From: the human T2T-CHM13v2.0 reference genome, Homo sapiens
Direction: 5' to 3' (one strand)
NCBI RefSeq assembly: GCF_009914755.1
Contig: NC_060925.1
Length of the DNA stretch: 64,000 nt
Part shown: positions 43,046-63,439 of the stretch, piece after piece
Numbering within the stretch: position 1 is the stretch's first letter
How the letters are laid out: each line of letters begins with the position of its first letter
The notes under the pieces: generated by a model
The model's input: only the letters and a program-made list of their open reading frames with translations
Database searches by the model: none
What the model was told of the DNA's origin: nothing
Program-made: the position numbers and the translations under genes

Positions 43046-44423
43046 AATAAACACTGACGGAGAAAGATTATGGATCATAGTGGGAAAAGCCACAATACCA
43101 TCTACATTCTCTCTCTCTCATTTTTTCTACTTAGGTAAAACATGATTACTTTAGAACTTGAGGAAATGGTTAAAACCCACAAGTCAAACAAAAAGTAATT
43201 AATTTTTAATTAATTGAAACCTTCCCAAGCAGATATTAATAAATTTTTCTCTGTATTTTTAGATATACTCTTTATAAGCTTGCATTTTTTGCAATATAGT
43301 ATCCTACAATGATTACTATTTTAGTACTTGTTTTATTCATTTAACTATCAGATCTATCTTTTCAAGTCTATGAATTAAAATACAAATTATTATTTAGTGG
43401 CAATGTAATGTTGAATTGCACAAATATTGGAATTTATTTTCAAAATAATTCTCTATTTACTTCCAATATCCCAACCTCAATGCCTGTCCTAGGAACATTC
43501 ATGCACCTGTGCCCTTTGAGGCTCCTATTATGTCCTTTAGAGTAGTTGTATAATTTATTTCATATGTGTACTGTAACTTTCTTGTCAACTTGAAATTTGT
43601 TGTTACTAGTGTTTTAGAAAAGTGTTCCTTGTGTTATGTTATTTGGCAATATTAATATAATCAATTAAAGTTAAATCCTAGTAAAGTCCAAACACCCACA
43701 GATGTTGATTGTGTTCAGTGTGACAGGACAGATCATTTGCCTCACTTCTGGTGCACAGAGACAACTAGCATATTTCTATACAATACAGGGTCTAAATAAT
43801 TAGGTTACGTGCCAATAATTTCATCTCTTTGTACTCTATCCCAACTGGAGCTCATAATTTTACTTTGGATTTTGATATATTTACTTTGTATAATGAATTG
43901 TACTACCAAGGTTGAATTCTAGTTGTGACGTGCAATAAGTATAATAAATGGATTGGCTAACTTTCTCCTAAGTGCAAATACTTTCAGCAGCTATGCATAT
44001 GATCTAAACATTTGTGCTGTCTCCCTTCTGTCTTATTTACTTATTTATTTATGAAGATAGTATTGAATAAAAATTTTGAATTCCATGATACTTAGAAGAT
44101 AAGGTAATCGAATCCTCTCATTTACAAAGTAATAATAATAATAATAATTAAAAGGCACAGTTTTACTGATATGTCCATGTCCAAATTCAAGGTGACAGCA
44201 TGACACATTCAATTCCTCCCTAACAGTCCTCAAAAAAATTACAAACTGCTATGAATTCAACTAACATTTCACATGATTGACTGCTTTGTAACCCTACATA
44301 CATATCTTCTAAGTTAGCCCCTTAAATTTACCTCCAGATTTTCCTACACACTCTATAAGAGATCTCGCATATAAATGGAATTATACAATTGATGAATAAT
44401 AGCTTCTGTGTGTAAGATACTAC

Positions 44424-44570
44424 AATACAGGAACCATGGATGTAGTCAGGAATGAAAAATGGCACAATATCAAGTGTGAGGAAGGAGATAAGTTTTGATT
44501 ATTCTGCTTTCATCTAAGAACAATTGACTACAAGCTAAAATTGATTTGTAGAATTCACATTTTTATCAAG
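44424..44570 (+). pseudogene. Pseudogene exon-6 remnant (HIN-200 C-terminal part, 5'-deleted, nonsense codon)
   Basis: NTGTMDVVRNEKWHNIKCEEGDKF*LFCFHLRTIDYKLKLICRIHIFIK. TGA 44496-44498 where MNDA has CGA. Donor GTGGGAACTGGATAGAGGA identical to MNDA. Confidence 0.92.
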
Positions 44571-45779
44571 GTGGGAACTGGATAGAGGAACATTAGTTTG
44601 CCAAAGAAGTAAATGATTTTGTTTAGGCTTCAGGAACACTAGATTCCTATCCTGTTACTCAGACAGTCCAGCAGGTGGGAGGAAAATCCAAACAATGTCC
44701 TTGCACTCATTTCTACGTAGAAGAGTTTTTAATGATATTAAGGAAATAGTATTCTTATAAGCTTCAAAGGAATATTCAAAAGGATTATAATACTTGTGCT
44801 AAGTAATAAAGTATTTAAAGAAATTAGGATGACAGGGAAGTAATTTCATATAGTGTTCAAGAGAAAGGGTTATGAATAAGACAAATCTGATTTGAATCCT
44901 GAATTCAACACTCATTAGTTGATTGATATTGGGGAAATAGTTTCACTGATCCTCTAAAATAATGGAAGTCTCCACTTCATCAGCATGGTTAAAATATTAA
45001 GTGAGACAATGCGTATTTATGCATATAAGTTTACATATATGTAAAATTTATATAACATATCTCACTGCCTAGTACATCATGAGAAATTAATCTATGGTAA
45101 GCACTACTTTTCCTATCACGGCAAAGATATTGGAAGGGGATCTAAGCAATGAAAATGACACACGCAAATGCTCTAAAGTGTGAAACTGCACTGTGAGTTC
45201 TGTACAACTAAAATTCTATAAAGAGTTTCTATGAAGAAACTATGGAAAGATGCAGCACAGAATAAAAATTGGGGGCGGGGGCAGGTGGTAGAGTATAGCT
45301 GTTTGTCAGAAATAAAGAAACAGAAAATTCATTGTGAAAAACAGATAAAACCTAAAGATTTTATGCAGAAGAATGTCTGATCACATTGACACTTTAGCAA
45401 AAAAAAAAAAAAAAGGTATTATGGTAACAATTCTAGAAGTATGCATTAGAGAGGCATTAGGTTAGAGCAGAGATATCAATTAGAAGCAATGATGTGCCCA
45501 AGTCAGCTCTCACCAGAACACTTATTGCTAAGTATTTGGGGATTTTATGAACTGTTTGTAAAATCTTTGGAAGTTTGAAACTAGCATAGTGGAAATATTT
45601 AGGCCAGCAAAATATGCAAAGGCTACAAATAGATATTTTCTAAAATTGGGCAGCTAGTTTACCAGGACACCACGAAAGGTTTCTTCAGATTTCTATTTAA
45701 GAAGGAGAAAGACAAACAGGGCTGTGATGAATGGAGTAAAATATTTTTTGAAGCTATATCCTCATGATTGTGTGACTAA

Positions 45780-46520
45780 TTAAGTGATGATGTTGAGAAA
45801 GATAAAAGATTTAAGGAGCATTCAAAGATGATTCAAGAATATTATCCAGGCAACTGTATAAATGGTGCTACTGTTCACTAACATCAAGAAAGCAGAGAAC
45901 AGCACAGTCTAGGAAGTGAAAACATGTTGTTTGGACAAGTTGACTTTGAGCTACCTGTTGGATATCTAAGAAATATCTCTCTATCAATCTGAAGATATAT
46001 AGATCTGTATAAACAGATCTGGAACAAAAAAAGTAATTTTGTACTGGCGAGTTATGCATTTGTACATTTAGAGATACATGTTAAAATTATGGGTTTAGAT
46101 GATATTATCTAAAATAATTGTATAATTCTACATTTATACTAATAGAAAACTGAGCACTCACTATGTTTGGGGAAGTGAGACAATAATGAAGCTATAATAA
46201 TTATTCCCATATCATAGATAAAGATACCGATGCTCAGAAAATGTAAGCAATACACACCAATTGAAACAACCAGTTAGTGGTGGAACTGACATTCCAGCCC
46301 AGGCTGTGTAGATTTAGAATGCAGATTCTTAAGCAAGGTGAATGAGAAGATCAAACTGCCATAGGTGGAGCCATAGAAAAGTTGGATATATATTTGGGGG
46401 TGACTACAAGTAAAGGATGCTACAAATGAGGATGAAACTATGTACACAGAGAGGTCAAAGATAAAGTGGAAATATGTATAATATGCATCAAAAATAAGTT
46501 TAACAAGGAAGAGGGTCAAC
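45780..46520. mobile_element. Ancient L2 and MIR fragments
   Basis: L2-like (TTTGGACAAGTTGA.TTTGAG..ACCTGTTGGATATCTAAG) and MIR-like (CCCAT....ATAGATAAAGATACCGATGCTCAGA) motifs. Confidence 0.6.
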
Positions 46521-47171
46521 ACAGCTCATGTCAGACTCAAATAAACAAGGAAGTCTTGGAATAACTTCATCTTAGACCAAAAATTGCTATACTTTAGTGA
46601 AAGGCAATTGCTGATTCACAGAAGAAAACATGGCTGGCTCTCCATAACATCATACTAAATATCTCATTCTCCAAAAGCACACTAACGACAAGCACAAAGG
46701 TTCACAATAGGAGCCTTGATAACACTAACCAAAGTTAAATTTAAGTACAAATGATTAAAATGGAAATAGTGACATAATCAGGCACACAGACATATATATG
46801 CACGTAAATCGTTCCACATCTCAGATTCCCTAATTCAATAATCCTTTCATTTCAATTGAAACAACCATAGTTGTACTGTGAAAAACCTTACCTAATATCC
46901 TCCTGCCAACATTCTGCCTAATTAAAATCTTCCCTGAATGTTTTGCACTGAGTAAATAAGCTATTCCCTGTCACCTGTGGTACTGCCTTACTGCCTTTGT
47001 TTAACTCCTGCTCTGTTTAAATGTACCCATAATGGGCATGAGAGCATATCTCTATTCAGACTCCAGACCACAGCTGGGAGCAAGCAGACTCAAAAGATGG
47101 TAATACGTCAAAGGAGATTGCTGAGAGAGAAGCAATGACCATTGAGATTGGAGTAAAAGAATAATGTAGCC

Positions 47172-53225
<6,054 letters not shown>

Positions 53226-53339
53226 AGAATAATGTAGCCAATGGGAAAAACAGGCATTGTGCATAATGAGGGGAATTATAAGTAGAGCTTCATCTCAATT
53301 GGTAGGAGATTTCATTGTCCTTCTTATTTTTCCTTCAAG

Positions 53340-53387
53340 GTTATAAAGACCAAGAGGAACAATAAAAGACAAAAACATTGTAATTGA
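53340..53387 (+). pseudogene. Pseudogene terminal-exon homolog (MNDA-like)
   Basis: AG 53338-53339; VIKTKRNNKRQKHCN* has the same 15-codon length as MNDA; 3'UTR homology and AATAAA at 53622-53627. Confidence 0.88.
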
Positions 53388-53640
53388 AATCTGCAAGTGG
53401 AAATAAAGAATCCTTCTTCAAATCAATTAGGTAATATTATCACCGATGTTGTAAAAGTTGAGATGCTCATTTAAAGAATAGATTCAGAAGATATATCCCA
53501 GCATATTAAGAGTTTTTATATCTGAGTTATGGATTAGATTGCTTTCCTTTCTAATTTCTTTTCCTAAATTCTGTTTTTTAAGAATACTATAATTTTCATC
53601 TATAATATTCATAATGTAAAAAATAAATTTTCATTTTTAA

Positions 53641-54416
<776 letters not shown>

Positions 54417-54439
54417 TTAAATGTATGGATTCCAGACAA

Positions 54440-57400
54440 AAGTTACTCAGGTAGGTATACACATAGAGTAAAAGGCAATAAAAAGTAAATGAAATTTACT
54501 CTAAATGACAGTAAATATCATCTAAAGAAATGTAATATCTAAAATCAATATTTTAAAAGTAACTATCGCCTTCTGTTTCTAATAACTGCAAAGCAGCATA
54601 TCCATCACAAGCAATAATGTAACTCAGAATAATATGAGGTGACAGTTTTTAGGCTTTGAACCACAGGCAGTACAAAGATAAGATCCCTGATAGGAGGAAA
54701 ATTCACAGGGTAAGTGCCACAGTTTCCCAAGTTCTCTGGCCTGGGAGGACTTCCTAACTACAGGCCAGTGAGCACTTGACAAGGCAAGTGCAGCTGTCAC
54801 ACAGGGATGAGGAGTGAAGACCAATTTTTATGGTACCTGAATAGCTGGGATCTAGAGAAAAGGGACCTATAGAGAGGAAGTAGCATTCATTAGCTGAGTC
54901 CTGAGCTGCACATGTAGGAGGTGAGACAGTGTGAAGCTCACCAGAGAGTAGCTGTTATGGGGTTGAAGACAGAACAGAAATACAAGAAAGTGAACAGTGT
55001 TGGGGGTTATTGTAGGTTGCTAGAATGGGGATACATCTTTTGTACCATGTGCATCTACCTCACAATAAAGGAAGGTTGCACCTGTGGAATAAAGATTGTG
55101 TAGTAGACTAAGGACTACTCTAGACCCATCCTAGCAAAGATTGAAACCAAGCCTCATCATGATTCTGAGAAAAGAGAGAATCTGAGTTTTTTCAAAATAA
55201 AGGAGGACAGGAAAGTTTTTAGGATTTACATAAACATATCATAGCAACCCATAAAATCAAGCCTACAAGTATGAATGATCAGACAATAATTGAAATGTCA
55301 TGAGAATAGCAGCAGCAACAACTACAAAGTCTTCAAAGATTGTCCAACAACCAAAAATCTGTACAAGATATTATTTATATAATGCAGGATCCAATTCAAA
55401 GTTACAAACCTGCAGTGAGAGAAAAAAATGTGACCCATATACAAGAGAGAAATTAGGGGGAAAATCCAGTAGAAACTGATGATGGAGTAGCACAGTATTG
55501 TATTTTCCAAAGTTGTTAGGGCAGTTATCAAAAATATATGCAATAATCTGAGATAAAATATTCTCAAATAATTAAAGGCAAATATGACCTGAATAACTGA
55601 ATAGATAGGGAGACTCAGTAGAGTACCAAGTCAAGATTCTTGAACTGAAAATTTCAAATATTTGTAATAAAAAACATATTCACGAATTTCAATAGGCCTA
55701 GCAGCAGATTTCTCCACAGAAGTCTTGCAGGCCAGGGGTGAATGGAATGATATATTCAGAGTGCTGAAGCAAAAAAGTGATAACCTAAAATATTGTAACC
55801 AGCAAAGCTAGCCTTCAGAAAGAAACGAGAGATAAGGACTTTCCAAACTAACCAAAGCTGTGGGAATTTATCATCACTATGCCTGCCTTAAAGAAATGAT
55901 AGCGTTCTTCAAACTGAAAGAAAAAACTTGTCCATGTGAAACAAGAAAACATCTGAAGTATAAAAATCACTAGTAAATGTATGTAAACAGAAAAATTTAG
56001 AATACTCTCATACTGTAGTTATGGTGTGTAAACCACTCATCACCTTAAAAATTAAAATATAAAACTATTAAAAATAATAGTAACCACAATAATTTGTTAA
56101 GACATTGACAATATAAGATGTAAATTATGACACCAAAAATTCAATGCATAGGAGAAGAATTGAGGTAAAGTATACAGGTTTTGTGGGGTTTTTTCTGTAA
56201 TTGAAGTTAAATGGTTTTAAGTTTAAAATAACTTGTTAAAATGAAAATGTGCTTTTGTTAGCTTCATGATAACCACAAAACAAAAACTTACAATAGATAC
56301 AATAAAAGTTAAAAGCAATAAATCAAAATATACTACTAGAGAAAAATTTTAAAAAGACTCAACTATATGGTGTCTACAAGACTCACTTTACCTGTAATGA
56401 TATAAATAGGCTGAAAGAGAATGAAAGAAGATATTTCACACAAATTGAAAACAAAAAAGCAAGCTATACTTATATTAGATAAAATACACTTAAAGTCAAA
56501 AACTGTTAAAAAAAAAAAAAAAAAGACAGAAGAGTCCATTATGTAATGACAAAGAGATCACTACAGTAAGAGGATGTAACTATTGTAAATAAATATGCAC
56601 CTAATATAAGAACACCAACTACATATAGAAAGTAAATATTAAGAGACTTAAAGAAAAAGACTGCAATACAATAATAGCAGAGAAACTCAAAACTCCACTT
56701 TCAGCAATGGACAGATCATTTAGACAAAAAATCAACAAAAAAAACTTCAGCATTAAATGGTATTCTAGACTAAACAAACCTAACAGACATTTACGAAACA
56801 TCAAAACATTCCTTCCAGTAGCTGCAGGTACGCATTCTTTTCAACAGCACCTAGAGTATTATTTCCAGACTACACACATTCTAAGCAACCAAATGCCAAA
56901 CAAGTCTTATTTATTCATTTATTTATTTATTTATTTATTTATTTGAGACGGGGACTCACTCTGTCACCCGGGCTGGGGTGTGGAGTGCAGTGGTGTGATC
57001 TTGGCTCACTGCAACATCCACCTCCCAGGCTCAAGCAATCCTCTCACCTCAGCCTCCCTCCTGAATAGCTAGGTCTACAAGTGCACCACATCCAGCTGAT
57101 TTTTTTTGTGTATTTTTTATAGAGATGAGGTTTCACTATGTGGCCCAGGCTGATCTTGAACTTCTGAGCTCAAGCTATCCTCCCTCCTCAGCCACCCAAG
57201 GTGCTGGGATTACAGGCACAAATCTTTAAAAAATGAATAATATCAAGTATCTTTTCCAACTACAAGGGAAGAAAACTAGCGATTAATTAGAGGAACATGG
57301 TAAATGTACAAATACATGGAAATTAAACAACATGCTCCTGAGTAACTCATGGGTTAAGAAAAAAGAAAAAATACAAAAATTTATTGAGACAAATAAAAAT

Positions 57401-57625
57401 GGAGACACAGCATACCAAAACCTATGGGATACAGTAAAAGTAGTTCTGAGAAAAAAGTGTATAGCAGTAAATGCCTCCATCAGAAAAGTAGAAAATCTCA
57501 AAAAAAAAAACAACCTAAGGCTCCACCTCAAGAAATAAGAGAAAAATGAGAGAAAATAAACTCAAAACTAGCAGAAGGAAAGAAATTATAATGATCAGAG
57601 CAGAAATAGGTAAATAGAGATTTTT
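54440..57625 (+). mobile_element. Old L1M/L1MA 5', ORF1 and ORF2-endonuclease fragments
   Basis: ORF1-end motifs at 55.7-55.9 kb; EN-like peptide (MLLSNSWVK...AYQNLWDTVKVVLR) at 57332-57538. Confidence 0.75.
56907..57220 (-). mobile_element. AluJ with (TTTA)n tail
   Basis: Diverged dimer. Confidence 0.88.
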
Positions 57626-58604
57626 AAACTACAGTTTTTTATCACAGTTCTATAAAGTTATATTTTCTATATTCTGCAGATATTTTATCAGATACATGGA
57701 TATTTGTAATTAATGTATCTCCTTGGTGAATAGAAACTTTTATTAAGTAGCAACACTCTGTCTCTAATAATTATCTATGTCTTAAAAGTCTATTTTGTTC
57801 AATATATTTGGTTATCATCTTTTCCTATTTTTTATTTTCATTTCCTTATGCTTCAACTGAACCTCTTATGAATAGACTCATAAGAACATAGAGCTGATTT
57901 TTTAAAGAAATTTTATCAATCTCTCTCTCTATTGTTTAGTTCACTTACATATAATGTGATTATTTAAAAATCTAAACATGTTTTAACAGCTTATTTTTTA
58001 TTTCAATTTGAGCAAATTTTCTACATTTTCATTTAGCCCCTTTTTTGCTTCTTAAACATTTATTTCTATAGCTTTTCTCTAATAAACCTGGAGCTTTAGC
58101 TGGTTCTCTTTTCCCTTGACTCTGTCCCTCCCCAGTCATGTTGATATTATCTAGAATTTTTCTTCTGTGCTATTGTGATTTTCCTTCCCCTTGCTTTTTT
58201 TTGGCCCTAATTTTATTTGTTACATTTAATTTAACTAAATTATTTGACCATACTTAGGCCCTACACACTTGCAACATTGCCTGGATTTGTTTTTCTTCTT
58301 ATTTGGGTTCTCTGGATGTGGGTCCCCATATTGCAAATTTTCAGAAGCCTTGCCTGCTTGAGAATAGTTGCATCATTCTTGAATATGAATGGCAGCTTAG
58401 CTTCATACAAAAAGTTTTAAGATTAAAATTATTATGCTTCAATACACAATACCTTAACTGAAACACTGGGACAAAATAGATTATAGAATTCAGAATTATT
58501 TAGATTTATGGAAAGGTAAGATACGCACATAACTTATATATGTAAAATACTCAGCAATATTAAAATCAATACGTGGCTATTTAAACTCAAAATTTCTGCA
58601 ACAA

Positions 58605-59022
58605 TGTTTTTTTCTGTTCCCTGTTTGGTTTATTTTTGCTCTGATCTTTATTATTTTCTTTCTTTTGCTAACTTTGGGTTTTTCTTCTTTTTCTAGGTCC
58701 TTGAGGCATAATGTTAGGCTATTAATTTGAGATCTTTCTTTTTTTTTTAATGTAGGCATTTGTAGGTCAAAGGATACAAAGTAGCGGATAGCTAGAATGA
58801 CAAGGTTAGAGATCTATGTACCAAATAAGGACTAAAGTTAGTAAAATAGTACTAGGAATTTTTGTTAAATAAGTAGATTTTAGCTTTTCTTGTCACAAAA
58901 AAGTAGCTGTTTCAGATTATTAATATATTCATCTGCTTCACTCTAGTAATCATTTTACTATCTATATTATACCCACACTTCACATTGTAAACCTCAAATA
59001 TACACAATAAAATCTATTTTTT
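58605..59022. mobile_element. L1MA-like insertion with an inverted 5' piece
   Basis: 58605-58761 is an antisense ORF2 fragment and 58762-59022 a sense 3' end; flanking repeat approximately AAATT(T)CTGCA(A/T)CAA. Confidence 0.6.
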
Positions 59023-61368
59023 AAAAATTCTGCATCAAGCAATATTGTACTGAGTGGTATAAATAGTGGGTATAAATAGCCTGACATTAGTTCAATTCTG
59101 ACTTTGCTTCCAAGTAAGTACTGATTGAAAATATTTTTTTAAGTAATAAATTTTTTGAGCTTTAAGAATTTTGTAATTATGAGTAATGATTTGGCTAGAT
59201 GTGCCTTAAATATCACTCCAGTCTCCAGATTTCTGCTGTCAGTCTGAGTTTGATTCCGTTGTATATGATGTGTTCTTTATCTCTAGGTGCTTCTTCTTGC
59301 TGGTGTCCTTTTAATTACATTATGTGTGTAGGTGGTTGTTTATGTTTCCTTCTACCCAGTTTGGCACATTGTATTTTTTTATTGAGAACACTTATCTCTC
59401 TTTAATTCTTGGCATTTACCGATGTATTTTATTCACATACACCTCCCCTAATCCCTTCTACATGTTCCTTTTCTCCTAAAATTACTGCTATTGGGATGTT
59501 GACAACTCTATACTTTTTGTCTTTTATGTTTTCTTTTATTATTTCAACTTTTTTCTGTTTTGCTGCTTCCTTCTGTGGGAGTTACTCAATATGAACCTCT
59601 AATTAAGAAATACAATTTTTTTTTCCATTCCATAATCTAACCAATGCCTTGTATTCTTTATTTTGACTACCACATTTTATTAGTGGATATTTCCGCTTGA
59701 CTATTTTATGATTTCTTTTTCTTATTTTAGCTGCTAATTAGGTATATTTGGCTTACTGATTTTAAAATCATGCTTCCTCTATTATTGTATTTGAGTTCAA
59801 TAGGTACATGCTGTTTGGTTTGCAGTTTTACTTTCAAGGTAATCATTAAGGTTTTTGTTGTTGTTGTTAGATAAATTTGCTCTTCAGATATATACACAGC
59901 ATTCCCTGTGACCTCATAGCCCCATAAAGGAATGTACTACATTGTTTGGTAAAGTCTTTTGCTTGGTAAAGTCTAATAGCCCAAAGGCAAATTTTGCATT
60001 TGGGACAGTCAGACATTAGGAAGATGATTTCAGAAGCAACAAGTTCAGACACCGCAAAACCACAGTTAATCTCACCATTCCAGGCAAAGTATTAATCATA
60101 GTTTAAATTTTAAATCTTTAAAAGGATTATCTTTAGGAAAAGTCAACTTCTCTGTGCGATAATACACCAGCACCAGGGCTATGAGGGATAATGGTGGAAG
60201 AATAATTTACACTTGTTCTATCTGCTGCTTATCCTGACCTATCTCTTGCTTTGTCCTAGTTTCGTCCTTGTAGACTCCGGTATCAGGGCCTCTGTGGGGA
60301 ACTGACAAGCAAAGACTGCTGTAAGGCAACATGAGGAATAAACAAGACTTTACTGTTTAAAAATGTTCTAAATGAAGCCCCCAGATGTTCTCTGCTCCAA
60401 GCTGCAGCCTCCACCCACAACCCACACAGAAGACACTAAGACAAAGACTTTGCTATAGTTAGGGAGTCTCTCAAAGAATTTTGCTTGTTTGTTAAATCTA
60501 AAAATCTCTTCTTACTCTGTAGTTTCTCCAAATTTTATTTAAAAACTTGGGGAACAGAGCCAGCAGCCTGTGCCTGTTAGCCATGTAGGCTTAGGTGGTC
60601 ACAGATGGAGCCCTTTTTCATCATTGCCACTTTAAGCCCATTATTTCTTGGCCACCTCAATGATGTAAGTGAACATCTCAAGACAGCTCTACTTTTCCAA
60701 TATGTGCTGTCTTGATAGTATATGATGGGACACTTTCTAAGGCCCTGCCTGCTTAAACATGCCACACAGAAAATTTAGGGTTATTGAATTGTTGCTATTC
60801 CTATCATTTTGTCAGAGTACTTAAGTAGGTAGGGATATATTACAAATTTATAATACTATTCTTACATTTCCTAAAGTGTCTTTATGGCAATACTGTTATC
60901 CAGACTTTATATTGAGTAATGAATCCCATTCATCCAAGAAGTCTAACTGAGGAGGCATATTGCTCAGTTAAGTGATGACTATATAAGTGCATGAATTAAT
61001 TTTGCCAACTTAGTATCCCACAATGAAGGATTCTATTCTAGCACTTAGGCATAGGAGGTGTAGAAGTTTTTAATTTTACTATGCCCAAGACGCTACTTCT
61101 ATTTCCTTCTCAAAGAATACAGGCCTTACTCACATATTTTTATTTTTAAATTTTAGGGCCTAATAGGGACATTAAAGGTCCTAAATGCTGTTTCTTGGAG
61201 AAATTTCTCTTTTACTTGCTCACATTCTTCTCTGTAAGAGACTTCTGTCACTTTCCAGACTGATTTTGTTAGGTTTTCAACCTGGTGAGGACACTTCTCA
61301 CTGAAGTTCAATGACTCTGTGCATTAATACTTGGGATGAGAGGAATTCATGTAGGTTATGAAGATATC

Positions 61369-61873
61369 TGCCAAGACCAGCTGGTCCGGGAGACCCTAAC
61401 CCAGCGGCGCTAGAGGAATTAAAGACACACACACACAAATATAGAGGTGTGAAGTGGGAAATCAGGGGTCTCACAGCCTTCAGAGCTGAGAGCCCGGAAC
61501 AGAGGTTTACCCGCGTATTTATTAACAGCAAGCCAGTCATTAGCATTGTTTCTACAGATATTAAATTAACTAAAAGTATCCCTTATGGGAAACTAAGGTA
61601 TGGGCCAAATTAAAAGGATAGGTTGGGCTAGTTAACTGCAGCAGGAGCATGTCCTCAAGGCACAGATCGCTATTGTTTGTGGCTTAAGAATGCCTTTAAG
61701 CGGTTTTCTGCCCTGGGTGGGCTAGGTATTCCTTGCCCTCATTCCCGTAAACCTACAATCTTCCAGCTTGGGTGTTATGGCCATCATGAATGTGTCACAG
61801 TGCTGCAGAAATTCTGTTTATGGCCAGTTTTGGGGCCAGTTTATGGACATATTTGGGGGGCCTGCTCCCAACA
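61369..61873 (-). mobile_element. MER9 (HERV-K9/HML-3) solo LTR
   Basis: Reverse complement starts TGTTGGGAGCAGGCCCCC...CATAAACTGGCCCCAAAACTGGCC; 6-bp TSD GATATC (61363-61368, 61874-61879). Confidence 0.9.
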
Positions 61874-62480
61874 GATATCTTTTCCCCGTGAGGAGTTCTT
61901 TTATTTCCCATCAGCTGTGTAAGTTTTTTTTTTTTTGCCTTTATTTTGTTCATTTACTAAATATCCATCTGACTAGTTTGGATTATTGAGCATTGTTCTG
62001 AGTTGCTATTTTTTTAGGTTAGTAATTTCTGTGTTATCTCTCAGAGTATCAACAGAATATATCCTTCCTTACAAACTGATTACAGGAAAAAGAGGCAGGA
62101 TAACTTCCTGAATCATGTTTATTGCTGCTGTGTATCCTCTACCTCCGATCTCTGGATTGTGGCCCTTTATGAACTTTTCTTATGTTACTCTCTACCCTTA
62201 ACCTAAAGACCAGCTCCATGAGTCCACATAAGCAGCAACCTAAAGCCCATAAGCAATCCATGGACCCCCATATCATCCTTGCTTTTCCCCAACTTACTTC
62301 TGCTTTGGTGGAACCATTCAGAGAGCTTCCAAATCCAGACTTCAGCTATCTTCTCTACCGCACAAGTTTGAATTAAAACTATTAGCATTCTTTCCTTTAA
62401 ACAGCCTTTGATCATGCAGCAAAATTGGCTGTTTTGAAGGACCCATTTTTCAGTCATAACCTCATCCTATTTGCAGATCA

Positions 62481-62588
62481 TTTAGTTACCACAATAATGT
62501 TATCACAATATTGAGTTACCACAATACTGTTATCACAATATTGAGTTACCACAATAATGTTACCACAATATTGAGTTACCACAATAAT
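62481..62588. repeat. 30-bp minisatellite (about 3.6 copies; each unit a dimer of GTTA(C/T)CACAATA)
   Basis: TTGAGTTACCACAATAATGTTATCACAATA repeats with period 30. Confidence 0.93.
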
Positions 62589-63439
62589 ATCTGCTGATTG
62601 GTTCAATTTATTTAAGACTGCAGGATTTACAATACTCTGAAGCATATCCACAATCCTTAACAAAAACAAACAAAAACAAAAACAAAAAACAAGAAAACAA
62701 AGAATTTTTCACATCTTCTTCCCTACCAGAAGTTCAGTGTTCTTCCAAATATTGCAAGCCTTCAACACTCTCATGATATGAAACTGAAGCCACTTACATT
62801 TAATCTATGAGCAATGCGAAAATACTTGAGCAATCATGAGTTCAATCATCGAGATAATACAGTTTAGTCATAGTTAAGAGGGCAGTTGGTGACAAATTCC
62901 TTTCTCTGTATTTGAGAAGGATCTCCATATTTGTAATGATGTTCTATCTCTGACAAGCTATGGGTTTATCAACTCTTAATAATTGGATGAATGATTCATA
63001 TAGTATATAAACCAAAACTGATTTCATAGAAGACCCTCCCCCATCCAGGAGATGCAGTCAAATATACTGGCAGCGATAGACAATTCTGCCACTGCCACTC
63101 TGTGAATAGTAGAAGATGGAGAAATGGCTAGGCATGTCTCATCTTTCTCCTTTGATATTTTAGCTGTATTCAAGGGACATTTACATCTCCTGGATAATAA
63201 AGTTTTAATATCAAAATTTAAGTCCCCTGGAGAATAACCTTCCAATATCAGAATTTATTTCAGGCATGAATACATTACCAGAAAATAAAAAAAAATTCTG
63301 CTGTCATTTTTTATTTCATTTTGATAAATTATTTACAGGAAAGAAATAGTTTAGTTTCTCTTGCTAAGGGTATAAAAATCTAAGATCATGGATGGGAGGA
63401 GTTACACAATTGTTCCATAACTTTGCTGTCTTCCTGGGG

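Noticed and set aside
62478-62669. Repeat peptide IIVVTQYC / CRISPR-like periodicity
   Set aside because: A simple 30-bp minisatellite with no unique spacers, in eukaryotic DNA.
62080-63245. Unexplained non-repeat-looking sequence with 73-84-aa ORFs; considered an olfactory-receptor or processed pseudogene
   Set aside because: No OR motifs or other recognisable protein similarity by eye. TBLASTX and Dfam searches are needed.
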